Assembly (NCBI GenBank): GCA_010909165.1
Contig: MU008165.1
Coordinates: 496,001-560,000, forward strand
DNA length: 64,000 nt
Origin: Anthoceros angustus
Taxonomy: Eukaryota > Plantae > Anthocerotophyta
Reading direction: 5' to 3'
The notes under the pieces were generated by a model. The model had not been told where the DNA came from, ran no database searches, and saw only the letters and a program-made list of their open reading frames with translations. Below, in pieces: positions 11,179 through 22,300 of this stretch. Numbering within the stretch: the stretch's first letter is position 1; each line of letters starts with the position of its first letter. A program made the translations under genes and the position numbers.

Positions 11179-13245
11179 ATGGATTTGGAGATGGAGATGG
11201 AGGAGGCGGCAGAGGGAGAGGAGGAGGAAGGAGTGGGGCGGCATCTGGCAAGGCTGGGGGAAGCGGACTCGGAGGGCAGGAGGGCGGCCATGCACTCGCT
11301 CAAGGCGTTCGTGGAGCAGCTGGACTCGGGGTCCATGCCGGCGTTCCTCCAGCAGGTGTCGCCCTCCCGGGGGGCGGTCTCGGGGACGGGCTCCCCGCAG
11401 TCCAGGTCCTTCGCCATCTCCCTGTACGAGGAGGTGGCCCGGGCGCACGGCAAGCTCATCGTTCCCCACATCGGGCGGGTGATGGCAACCGTGACCCGCT
11501 CCCTCGCCTCTGGGAGCAGCAGCAGCAGCTCGCCGCAGCTCCACCAGGCTTGTGCCCGGGTGGTGGCTTCTATGGCCAGACACGCCATCGACCCTGCTGG
11601 GTCCCCGGCCGACGCCCAGGCTGTGCTGCGTGCGCTCTGCCAGCCCCTCCTGGACTGCGTGGTGTCGGACTCCGAGCCCCTGGCTGCCGGAGCAGCTCTC
11701 TGCCTGCAGGCCCTGGTGGAATCCGAGAAATGGAAGCACGCGGGATTGGAGATGGCGCAGGAGCTTTGCTCCAGAGTGTGCGCCGGGGTGCGGGATAAGG
11801 GAGCCCGGGGGGTGGGTGTTGCGCATCTTCAGCTGGCCAGGTCCCTGGTGCTGGCCTCCGGCTCGGTCGTGAAGGGATTCTGCGCGCCTTTGCTGCGATC
11901 TGCTACCCAGATGCTGATGCAGGCAGGTGGGGATGGAGCCCAGTGGCAATCCAGGGTGTGCGCTGCCCGGCTGCTGCAGGCCGTGCTGCGGATGGTGGAC
12001 AGGAGGGCTTTGCCCGAGGAGGATGTCTCGGCTGCTGTTCGCGCCCTGGAGCTCTGTGGGCACGACAGATCTCCCCACGTCCGAGGTGCGGCGACGGAGG
12101 CTTTGCAGAGTACCTCTGGGCACAAGGATGGTGGCAGGAGGTTGCAGTTCAGGAGGAAGTCTGTTCACTTGACTGGCGAGTCTGCCACCTCGTCGCTGGC
12201 TGATCCTCGGGGGTCATCTTCTCGGACCCGGGGGTCAGGATCTGGAAGGGATCGTCATGGCCGGGACGGGCGTCGTAGGGATTGGTCTGGTGCCCACAGC
12301 AGCAACAGCAGCTGGAGGAAGGTGGGTCATGTGGATGACGGGTTTTCCGGGGGAGAGGAGGAGGAAGAGGAAGAGGAAGGTGTAGGTCAGGAGGGAAGAA
12401 GGGCGTCTGATGCTTCAGAAGGTTCTCCCATGCGGCATAGTGTGGATCTGGATGAGAGGGATGAGGATGAGGAGGCGGCAGAGGAGGGTGCAAGCCCTCT
12501 GACGGTGCAGGATCGGGGGAGGAACCCTCCTTCCAGTGCGACTACGTGCAGAACCACCATCACGTTTCAGTCTCCAGAACGGCAGGAGCAAGTTGCGCAG
12601 CTCCGAGCTGAGGATGCTTGCGTTGTGCCTTTCACTACGCCCAGGAGGCTGTTGCATTCGCTGGTCTCTGTTGAGGAGTCTGGGAAATCGGCGCGGGAGA
12701 ATGGATCCGAAGCCTTAGGGTTGGATATGGAAACGTGCAGCCACAGCAGCTGGAGCGTGCATAACAATCCGATTGCTTCTGTGGCAGCGGCAGGTCGAGG
12801 GGACGAACGTGTCAAGGACGCGCAGAACTCGAAACCGGGCATTTCTGCTCCAGGCATTTCTCTTGCAGCAGATAGAAGTAGTAGAATTGGCCATGGCTGC
12901 CCGACAAGTGAGAGCGAACCCCAGCCGGCCCATATCAGCAGCAGCAGGCAGGACAGATTCACAGCCCACGGCGTCTCTGTTCCTGAATCGATTGTTCTGA
13001 ATGGAAGACCTGACAGAAGGGATGGATGTGCTCCCAGGGTTGAAGATGCGTGGCGACCTGCTCACACTGACAGGAATTTTGAGTTTTCCGTGTTGAGGAG
13101 AAAATCCATACAATTGGCCAGAGGTCTGGTAGAAATGATCATGGGAGGATCTCTGTGTGCCATGGTGGCCCTTCCAGTTGCTGTTGCCATATCCAGAATA
13201 GTGGAGTCAGAATCATACGCTCCTCACATGCTGGTCCCAACCTAA
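11179..13245 (+). CDS. SINE1: SINE1/2-like ARM/HEAT-repeat plant KASH protein (outer nuclear membrane, LINC complex)
   Basis: N-terminal TORTIFOLIA1/SINE-type repeats (AISLYEEVARAHGKLIVPHI; AAGAALCLQALVESEKW), acidic disordered middle, C-terminal hydrophobic segment and terminal LVPT matching the plant KASH xVPT motif. Confidence 0.85.
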   Translation: MDLEMEMEEAAEGEEEEGVGRHLARLGEADSEGRRAAMHSLKAFVEQLDSGSMPAFLQQVSPSRGAVSGTGSPQSRSFAISLYEEVARAHGKLIVPHIGRVMATVTRSLASGSSSSSSPQLHQACARVVASMARHAIDPAGSPADAQAVLRALCQPLLDCVVSDSEPLAAGAALCLQALVESEKWKHAGLEMAQELCSRVCAGVRDKGARGVGVAHLQLARSLVLASGSVVKGFCAPLLRSATQMLMQAGGDGAQWQSRVCAARLLQAVLRMVDRRALPEEDVSAAVRALELCGHDRSPHVRGAATEALQSTSGHKDGGRRLQFRRKSVHLTGESATSSLADPRGSSSRTRGSGSGRDRHGRDGRRRDWSGAHSSNSSWRKVGHVDDGFSGGEEEEEEEEGVGQEGRRASDASEGSPMRHSVDLDERDEDEEAAEEGASPLTVQDRGRNPPSSATTCRTTITFQSPERQEQVAQLRAEDACVVPFTTPRRLLHSLVSVEESGKSARENGSEALGLDMETCSHSSWSVHNNPIASVAAAGRGDERVKDAQNSKPGISAPGISLAADRSSRIGHGCPTSESEPQPAHISSSRQDRFTAHGVSVPESIVLNGRPDRRDGCAPRVEDAWRPAHTDRNFEFSVLRRKSIQLARGLVEMIMGGSLCAMVALPVAVAISRIVESESYAPHMLVPT

Positions 13246-13629
13246 AAACTATTCAGTCCGGACATCTTAGAAAAACGCTGCACTGGTCCAGCCTGAGTCG
13301 GTTTGGGCAAGTCTCTGTACATCCTGGCGTTTCAGAAAAACTGCTTGACAATAGCCTGACATACGTCCTGGCATGACAATAGCCAAGGCAGATGCTTTCC
13401 GTAACATTTTCCCCTCTTACCTCGCACTCTGCCCCTCCTTGTCGAAATGTTAAAGTAGGATACTGTAACTGATGTGGTACATTCTTTTTTGCCGACGGAG
13501 CTGAGGCTCAAGTTTGCCTACTCCACTGAATGTCCCTCCAGGTAACCTAGATAGAGTCTTTTATACACAATGCGCAATCAATGTTGCATGCTATTAGCTG
13601 ATCAGGAAGATGTGTTGTGAAACACCCAG

Positions 13630-16600
13630 CTAACCCTGACACATTGCCCTTGTCTGTATTACCCCTTGAGGAAATGTCAAAAGTAGAGTGCTCCCGACAG
13701 GCTCTCTGTTGTGTCTACTCAAATATGCTTCCTGTTCATCGTCACACTTCTCACCCGATGCAAAACCCATTTGTGGCACGTACCACTCTCTTTTCATATC
13801 GGAAGCAAGCAGTTCAAGCCTTGCATAGATATCTCCAACCTCAGGATGCTCTGTATCCCCAACTGAGAATCTATGAACCATTCCATCCATATCTGTCCAC
13901 CAGCTCTGGCCTGGCTGTTTACGTGCCCCTATTCCTTTTCTCCTTGCCTGCATCTCCTCTGCCTCCTCCCACATTTGGGCAGCAGCTAAGATGTTCGACA
14001 TCAACACATACGCTGCAGGATCTTTTTCATCTAGCTTCATTGCTTCATCAAAGGCATGGCGTCCAACCTCTACATTGCTCCATTTGCAACAAGCACTCAA
14101 TAGAGTGTGCCAAACTGCAGCATCAGGAGGAACTGGCATCGCCCTTGCCATTGCCAGTCCCTCATCGAGTTTGCCTGCACGACCCAGGATATCGACCATG
14201 CAGGTGTAATGCTCCTTGTTAGGATTAAGCCCATGGTTCCTGCTCATAGCATCGAAGTACTCTTGCCCCTGATTTACCAGTCCAGCATGGCTGCACACTG
14301 TTAATAAGCTATTGAATGTAATGTCGTTCAGTTGTATACCATCCTCTCTCATTTTGCGAGCTGCCTCGAAGACCGCTTCACTGTCTCCTTGATGGGTGTA
14401 TCCTGCGATCAGTGCATTCCAGGCAACTACATCTCTTTTAGGCAATGCATCAAACACCTGCTGTGCATGGACCATGCTCCCACACTTTGCGTACATGTAT
14501 ATCAAACTGATGGCTAAACCAGCATCAGCTTGAAGCCCTTGTTCTTCAATATCAACATGTAGCTGCTTTCCCAGATGCAAAGCTCCCACATTTGCACAGG
14601 CCTGCAGGACGCAGGAGAATGTAGCTGAATTGGGTGCCACAAGGCCCTCCGATTGCATAACACTGTACAGACGAAGGGCTTCCTGACCCAGACCAAGGTG
14701 GGTATATCCTGCTATAATCGTATTCCATGTCACCACATCTTTGTGATCAAGTCCGTCAAACATAGTCTGAGCATCCTCGAGGCTGCCACACTTTGCATAC
14801 ATGTTCACCAAGCTACAGCAAACAACCAGATCAGCCAGAAGTCCTTGTTCTCCAATCTGTGCATGAAGCTGCTTCCCCGCCTCCAGTGCTGCTGTGCCAA
14901 CACATGCACATGCCTGCAGGATGCAAACAAATGTCACAGCGTCGGGGGAGACCATGCCTTCCGCTTGCATAGCACGGTAAAGGTGAAGGGCTTCCTGACC
15001 CATGCCCTGCTGGGAATATCCTGATATCATGGCATTCCACATTACCACATCTTTCTCAGCAAGTCCGTCGAAAACACTCTGGGCATTCTCAAGGCTGCCA
15101 CATTTTGCATACATGTTTACAAGGCTACAACCCACAGTGACATCCTGAAGTCCTTGTTCTCCAATCTCAGCATGAAGCTCCTTCCCCTTTTCCAAAGCCA
15201 GTGTGCCCAAACTCGCACATGCCTGAAGGAGGCTCACAAATGTCACAGAATTGGGTGAAACACTGCCATCTTCTTGCAGAGCATCATAAAGTCGAAGGGC
15301 TGCCTGGCCCATGCCCTGCTGAGCAAATCCAGCTATCATGGCATTCCATGTCACTACATTCTTTTGACCCATTCCATCAAACACAACCTGGGCAGCCTGT
15401 ATGCTGCCACACTTTGCATACATGTTTACAAGGCTGCAACCCACAACCACATCAGCCTCAAGCCCTCGTTCGCGTATCTGTGCATGAAGCTGCTCTCCCC
15501 TTTCCAAACCTGGGGTGCCGACACTTGCACACGCCTGCAGGAGGCACACAAACGTGACAGAATTTGGCGCTGCAATCCCTTCTGTTTGCATTGCACTGTA
15601 AACGTCAAGGGCTTCATGACCCATCCCCTGCTGGGAATATCCTGCTATCAGAGAGGTCCATGTCACCACATTTTTTTGCACAAGTTTGTCGAACAAGCTC
15701 TGAGCATCCTCTAGTCTGCCACACTTTGCATACATGTTTACCAAACTGTTGCCTACAACCACATCAGCCTGAAAGCCTCGTTCTCGAATCTGTGCATGAA
15801 GCTGCTTCCCCATTTCCAAAGCCAGGGACCCCACACTTGCACAAGCCTGCAGGAGACACACAAACGTCACAGAACTGGGTACAGCAATGCCTTCTCCTTC
15901 CATGACCCTGTAAAGACGGAGGGCTTCCTGACCCATTCCATGTTGAGAATATCCTGCTATGAGGGCCGTCCACGACACCACATCCTTTTGAGGAATCCTG
16001 CCAAACACTGTTTGAGCGTCTTCCAATCTGCCACATTTTGCATACATGTCGACTAAGGCATTCGACACAAATAGATCATTCTCAACCCCACTCGCCATCA
16101 CATCAGCATGCACCTGCTGCCCAGATGTCAAATCTGCCCCTCTTGCACAAGCCTGTAGAGCTGCTACAAACACATGCCCATCTGGTTTCACACATGTCCT
16201 GCGCATCTCATGGTAAAGTCGTATACCTTGCTTAGCTTGTCCGTGTCTAACATGCGCAGAAATTATGCAAGACCACGTGAAGGCATCTGGACTAGAAATT
16301 CCGGTGAACACATCCATCGCTTCCTGCAAACTGGCATGTGAGCCATACATCCGCAGGATGATATTGCACAAGAAAGTATCCGCCTCATACCCCGCTCTCA
16401 CGATGAGAGCATGCACACGACGACCCAAAACCAAATCCTTCTTAGCCACACACCTCTTAAGAACCGTGTACAGGAAAGATTGCGAAATCCGGCAGTCCGT
16501 CCGCACCAGAGCTCCCAGAGCCTCAACAGCCTCAGTGAGCTGCCCCTGCTCACAAAGCTTGCTCACGGTATCAGCAGATATGTCCCCTTCACATCCTCCA

Positions 16601-16869
16601 GGGCTGTGAAGGTCAGAACCATCCGGCAAGCTCCAGGTGGATGTAGGGGCTCGATGGAATGGACCCACCTGCACATCAAGGGCAGCCAGCTGCCCATGCA
16701 CCAACCAAGCTACCCGCAACTCTGACAAACGGGACCTGTTCTTCTGCTGCCTCTTATCCCACCAGGGTGCTGCAGGCCTGCAAGCGTCAGGATAGTTGGA
16801 TGCAGGGGCTCCACAAGCATCTGCGTATCGATAGCACCCATCTAGGCATCCACCCACGGTTTGTTGCAT
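13630..16869 (-). CDS. PLS-E PPR protein, WW-type, with long but degenerate DYW domain (7 P motifs)
   Basis: 1079-aa ORF; PGQSWWTDMDG...GDTEHPEVGDIYARL...YVPQ...DDEQEAYLSRHNRE...LLTFPQG; stop falls within the CxxC region. Confidence 0.95.
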   Translation of the reverse strand: MQQTVGGCLDGCYRYADACGAPASNYPDACRPAAPWWDKRQQKNRSRLSELRVAWLVHGQLAALDVQVGPFHRAPTSTWSLPDGSDLHSPGGCEGDISADTVSKLCEQGQLTEAVEALGALVRTDCRISQSFLYTVLKRCVAKKDLVLGRRVHALIVRAGYEADTFLCNIILRMYGSHASLQEAMDVFTGISSPDAFTWSCIISAHVRHGQAKQGIRLYHEMRRTCVKPDGHVFVAALQACARGADLTSGQQVHADVMASGVENDLFVSNALVDMYAKCGRLEDAQTVFGRIPQKDVVSWTALIAGYSQHGMGQEALRLYRVMEGEGIAVPSSVTFVCLLQACASVGSLALEMGKQLHAQIRERGFQADVVVGNSLVNMYAKCGRLEDAQSLFDKLVQKNVVTWTSLIAGYSQQGMGHEALDVYSAMQTEGIAAPNSVTFVCLLQACASVGTPGLERGEQLHAQIRERGLEADVVVGCSLVNMYAKCGSIQAAQVVFDGMGQKNVVTWNAMIAGFAQQGMGQAALRLYDALQEDGSVSPNSVTFVSLLQACASLGTLALEKGKELHAEIGEQGLQDVTVGCSLVNMYAKCGSLENAQSVFDGLAEKDVVMWNAMISGYSQQGMGQEALHLYRAMQAEGMVSPDAVTFVCILQACACVGTAALEAGKQLHAQIGEQGLLADLVVCCSLVNMYAKCGSLEDAQTMFDGLDHKDVVTWNTIIAGYTHLGLGQEALRLYSVMQSEGLVAPNSATFSCVLQACANVGALHLGKQLHVDIEEQGLQADAGLAISLIYMYAKCGSMVHAQQVFDALPKRDVVAWNALIAGYTHQGDSEAVFEAARKMREDGIQLNDITFNSLLTVCSHAGLVNQGQEYFDAMSRNHGLNPNKEHYTCMVDILGRAGKLDEGLAMARAMPVPPDAAVWHTLLSACCKWSNVEVGRHAFDEAMKLDEKDPAAYVLMSNILAAAQMWEEAEEMQARRKGIGARKQPGQSWWTDMDGMVHRFSVGDTEHPEVGDIYARLELLASDMKREWYVPQMGFASGEKCDDEQEAYLSRHNREPVGSTLLLTFPQGVIQTRAMCQG

Positions 16870-16964
16870 GACTTGGTTTCGGAGCCTTCAAGCTCAAATG
16901 GAAGTCATCACAAGGCTACCAGGTTGGCGCGAATATGTACAGAGACCCAGTTGGTGGGAAGTGC

Positions 16965-17293
16965 ATGCTTGCTGTGCAAACTGTATCCGTTGATCTTGAA
17001 ATTTCACGTCACCAGGTCATGCTTACGCTTGCTGACGAAGACCTGCCGAGAATCAGCAGTGCCACTTCACACTTTCGCATACATGTCGATCACGCTGTTC
17101 CCTGCAAGCAGAAATGCGCCACAAATGCGCCACAAATGCGCATGTATGCGCTCCCAAATGCCACATGTATACGAATGCACATATCGATCATGCTGCACGC
17201 CTTGGCATCCCCGAACATACCAACATCTGCGCATTTTAGTATCCCGGTCGTAAGAACAAATGTGGGGAGCAGCAATGGCATGTTTTGGACCAC
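16965..17293 (-). pseudogene. PPR gene fragment, an inverted copy related to the PPR at the window start
   Basis: Minus strand reads GNSVIDMYAK/GTADSRQVFVSKRKHDLVT*NFKINGYSLH versus YAKCGSIADARQVFNTMRKHDVVTWNSMIKGYALH at 1-110; contains a frameshift and a stop; L-motif remnant upstream (TFVLTTGILKCADVG). Confidence 0.7.
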
Positions 17294-17732
17294 GTTTAAA
17301 GCTGAGAGTTTACCATGGACTCCTGTCGGTACACATTACATGAGATTAATGGGATGCACGTTTAATTTACATCGAATATGACAAATAAATTATCTTCTAT
17401 ATAAGTATTGAGCGAGGGTGGGCAGCTAGTCAAATCCTAATCGGGATACCGTCTGCGAGCATGTCATCATCAACCCTCCGGATTGGGCGTCACAGGGATG
17501 CGCTACAACCAAAGTTCACGAGTACATCCCTTGCATGAAGGTCATATTTTCATTCCCCTCCAAAGTTCCCCTCCAAAGTTCACAGGTACATCCCTTGCAT
17601 AAAGGCCATGTTTTCATTCCCCTTATAGAATGTGCTACAGCTAAGGTTCACAAGTACATCCCATGTAGGGAAGGCCATGGTTTCATTCACCTTGCTATTG
17701 AGATTCAGAGGGCCATGGGCAAGGATTTCTCG

Positions 17733-18106
17733 AGGTTTATCAAGGCTTGTGCTAAAGCATACGACATCCGCAAGAATGGTCTCCCTCTTTCCAATTTGGT
17801 GGCTTTCTTCCAGCAACGAGTATTCATTGATCTATAAAGAGTATCCATTGCTCTATAAAGAGTATCCATTGCTCTATAAAGGGCATTGGCAAATGCAATT
17901 TTCAAGACAACTTTGAACACGGGGAACCTAGCATCTTTCTCAAGGTTTATCAAGGCTTGTGCTAAAGCATACGACATCCGCAATAACGGTCTCCTTCTTT
18001 CCAGTTTGGTGGCTTTCTTCCAGCAACTAGTATCCATTACTTTGCAAAGGGCGTTGGCAATCGCAATTTTCAGGACAACTTTGAACATGGGGAACCTAGC
18101 ATCTTG
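17733..18106. repeat. Direct duplication of about 165-205 bp, with an internal 21-bp tandem expansion in the first copy
   Basis: aggtttatcaaggcttgtgctaaagcatacgacatccgcaa...gaacctagcatctt occurs at 17733 and 17943; ctataaagagtatccattgct is repeated at about 17833-17880. Confidence 0.85.
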
Positions 18107-19353
18107 AGCTCGAGTGGTTAGTAGCTCCGTGGTTAGTAGGCCCTTCCTTATTTGAGACTATGACATCTTAGCAACGGTAGATAGCTTTAAAGTAGACATT
18201 CCAAGGATCTAGTTCTCCTTAACCTCGGGCTCTCTAGAGGGTTGTTCCTCATTCCCAATGTAGATGGGACATCCATCTTTGCATATTTATAAAGTCTCCA
18301 TGTTCATATAGGTATAATATTTAATATAATACAATAATTTAATTGATAAATAATTATTACTCAATAGTTGGTTACTTGAGTATTATGATAACCAATCCAA
18401 TGGTCCTCCCTGGAAGGAGTTGGTTGAAACGTTACAAGTCATTGGAACTTCATAATCGTTAGAACTACCCTGAAATGGAGACTTTACATAGAAAAAAGAG
18501 ATGGGAAATCCCATCTCTTCGAAACGAAACGGGAGCTACCTATTCTGAAAAGGAGACTTTATATTGGATGTCCATCCGAACTGCATGGGCCCACTGAGCT
18601 GCATGGGCCCACCCGTCACGTCCAACGGGCAGGCGGAGAGCAGCAACAAAATTGCTATCAGGGCCCTCTCGAAGCTATGTGAAAAGGAGCCACATAGATG
18701 AAATGCACACTTGCCCAGAGCATTATGGGCTACAAAAGCTATCACAGTGTTATCCCCGTTTGATCTGGTGTGTGGAACGCCAGTTGTGAACGATTCGGAT
18801 TATCTGTATCGCGAAAGCCCCTCAGCAACCTCCCCTACTGTGTTCACATCGTGCACAACACTGCGTAATACTGATTTGAGTTACCAAAACACATGCATGT
18901 GCCGTGGCCAAGACGTGGAATAGGTTTCCAAGGTGGACAATCAAATCATACTCTCTTCGACCTACCAATGCATTGTTCACCAAAACATCGTTTCTCTCTT
19001 CACGAAGCAGCACGCTTGGTACCCACAAACCTGTGGTCTTCCTCAGGCTCCTTGCTGATGGAGGCTTTCAGTTCGTCCAGGAACTCAGGCAGCAAGGCCA
19101 TCGTTCACATCTTGTTGTAAAAAACTCTGATTGGTTCAGAGCATGTCCCTGCTCCGACAGGTTGGACTCGCGAGTGTCAAGGACAAAGTTGCCCCAGTCC
19201 CAGCAACCTGTATCTTCCTCATCAACTTCTCATCAAGCTTGATTCTGCAATCACGACAGCTTTTTCTCTGCAACGATGCTGTCCACCTCCTTGTGCTTGC
19301 ACCAGCCAAACTTCCTCCATAATGCAGTCTCTGTCTTTTGAATTACAAGGCAA

Positions 19354-22300
19354 TCACTGACCTGTTGCTTCCAGAATGAGCTCTCCAGGCCATGTGATGG
19401 GGTACTGTACATCCACCACCGGCAGGTTAGTGTTGATGAAGTGCAGCAGTCCGTGAACCTCATGGTGCCTCTGGTCTCCCACCAGGAACCGGTTAACCTG
19501 CTCCCCGTGTTCAATCCATGTCTGCCCCGGAGTGTGGCTCCATGCACCCGCTCGCTGTCTCAGCAGTTCTACCTCCTCACAGCACTCCCCCATCCCAGCA
19601 TGAGCGTAGATGTGTGACATGAGCAAGTAGGCTGCAGGTTGTTTGGGTTCTATGGATGTGGCGTGCTCAAAGGCTCGTCTGCCCAAGGCGACATTGCCAT
19701 GCGTCCTGCAGGCAGCGAGTACTGACAACCACATGGCCAAGTCCGGCTGCATGGGCATCTGTGACAGCAGCTTTTCCACATTCTTGAAGAGGCCCACTCG
19801 GCCTAGGAGGTCCACCATACTGCCATAATGCTCGATTTTGGGAGTGATGGTGTAATCTCTGGACATGGACCTGAAGTACTCCAGGCCCTTGTCCACCATG
19901 CCAGCCCAACTGCAGGCGGACAGGAGGGCCAGAAAAGTGATGCCATCTGGGGTTATGCCTGCATCACACATTTCCTCGAAGCATTGCACACTCATATCAC
20001 ATTTTCCTTGTTGGGCATATCCTGCTATCAGTGCAGTCCATGACCAAGCATCATGCTTGGGCATCGAGTCGAACACTTTCCTTGCATCCACAATGTTCCC
20101 ACACTTGCTGTATGCGTGGATGAGAGCAGTGGACATGCCAAGGGTGGAGTCATATCCTCTGACTGAAATATCACGGTGGAGTTCACAACACAGATTCAGA
20201 GCTCCCATGTTGCTGCACCCTTGAAGAAGAGACACAAAGCTTGGCTCATCTGGTACAACTCCTTCCTGTTTCATTTGGTGGTATAGTTGGAAAGCAGTCT
20301 CACCATGGCCTTGGTGGACATACCCCACAATCATGGCACACCAGGGTGCGACATCAAGATTGGGAAGCGCATCAAACACCTGGCGAGCGCACTCCATGCT
20401 TCCACATTTTGAGTACATGATAACAAGACTATTCGCAACTGAGACATTGGATGCATAACCCATTCGAATAGCATCAGCATGGAGAGACTTCCCTTGTTCC
20501 AGTGCCTGTGGTTTGACAAATTTCCCATTCACCAACACACCTTGCTCCAGTTCAGCAAGACTGCCACATGCTTTGAGGGCACTGGAAAACGTCCACACAT
20601 CTGGGCTCACTCTCTCTTCTTTCATTTGATTGAAGAGCTGTAAGGCTGTGGCTCCCATATCTTGCAAAGCATATCCTGCAATCATGGCATTCCATGACAC
20701 TACATTGCGATTGGGCAACTTATCGAAAATGTGACGGGCATCCTCTATGCTTCCACACTTCGAGTACATGCTTACAAGACTGTTACCAACGTACGTATCG
20801 AAAGCATAACCGCTCTGGACGATCTGCTCATGTATCCCCTTACAGATTTGGAGCTCCTGTGCTTGAGGGATCTTTCTCAAGCACATATTGTCATCCGTCT
20901 CTGCTAGGCTGCTACATGCTTTAAGGAGACTGACAAACGTTCGATCATTTGGTTTAATGCCTTCTTTTTGCATTTGCTCATACAGCTCCAAGGCTATCTC
21001 TGATAATCGCCTGCTCTCGTGACCCTGCCCAGCTATGTCAGGGTCTAGACAATATCCAGCAATCAATGCAGTCCATGACCACACATCGCGCTGAGGCATT
21101 GCATCAAACACCTGTTGCGCATTCACCATGCTCCCACATTTGCTGTATGCGTGGATGAGAGCAGTTGCCACGCTAAGGCTGCTCTCAAATCCATGCAGTA
21201 CAACTTCACTATGTGTCTTGATGCACACATTTAGTGCGCCAACATTGTTGCATGCTTCTAACAGACACAAGAACGTGACTTCGTCTGGTTTCACACCCTC
21301 TTCATGCATTAGGGCATAGAGCTGCAAAGCTTCCACACCTTGTTCTTGCTGCGCATATCCACCGATCATTGCATTCCATGATACGACATCACGCTGCTGC
21401 AATGTGTCAAACACATCACGTGCATCTGCAACACACCCACATTTTCCATATAGATTAATTAGACTGTTACCAAGGAATACGTCCGATCCATAGCCTTGCT
21501 GGATGGCATGTCCATAAATTGCCTTCCCGTTCCTCGCCAGCTCAGCTTTGCACTTTGCAGCAGGAGCTTGCTTCTTATCTGCAAGACTGCTACAAGCATT
21601 GATCATGCTGGCAAAGGTCCAAACATCTGGATTCACCCCTTCCTGTTGCATTTGACCATAAAGATGCCAAGCTTCTTCTCCTTGTTCCTGTTCAGCATAT
21701 CCCACAATCATGGAGTTCCAAGACACCACATCACGCCTGGGCAATGAATCAAACACGTGTCGGGCATCCACAATACTCCCACACTTTGCATACATATAGA
21801 TGAGAGTGTTGCCCACATAGAGATCAGAGTCATAACCCCTTCGAGTAGCTTCAGCATGTATTGCTTTCCCTATCTCGAGGAAATCAGTCCTGCTACATCG
21901 AAGACTAGAATTTGCCAGGCTGGCACATGCTTTAAGCACCTTCACAAAAGTTCGATCATCTGGACTCACACACTCATCTCGCATCCTGGCATAGAGGGTC
22001 AAGACCTCCTCTTCTTTACCCTCCTCAGCATATCCAGTAATGATTGCATTCCAGGTTACCACGTTGCGCTCTGACATCCTGTCAAAGACCTCCCTTGCTT
22101 CCAAGATGCTTTGACACTTTGTGTACATGCGGACAAGAGAGCTGCCTATGAACACATTTCTCCCAAAATTTCTCTTCACCACTTCCACATGTACGTTCCT
22201 ACCTATTGCCAGTAAATCATGATTTGTGAACTGAACATCTCCAGGCATTTGGCCTTCCCTTGCTGCCACATTCCCACATGCTTTCAAAACCGTGACAAAT

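Noticed and set aside
18990-19350. Coding-like fragments downstream of the LL-PPR (IKLDEKLMRKIQ; MALLPEFLDELKASISKEPEEDHRF)
   Set aside because: Could not assemble an in-phase spliced model or recognise a family; not DYW-like
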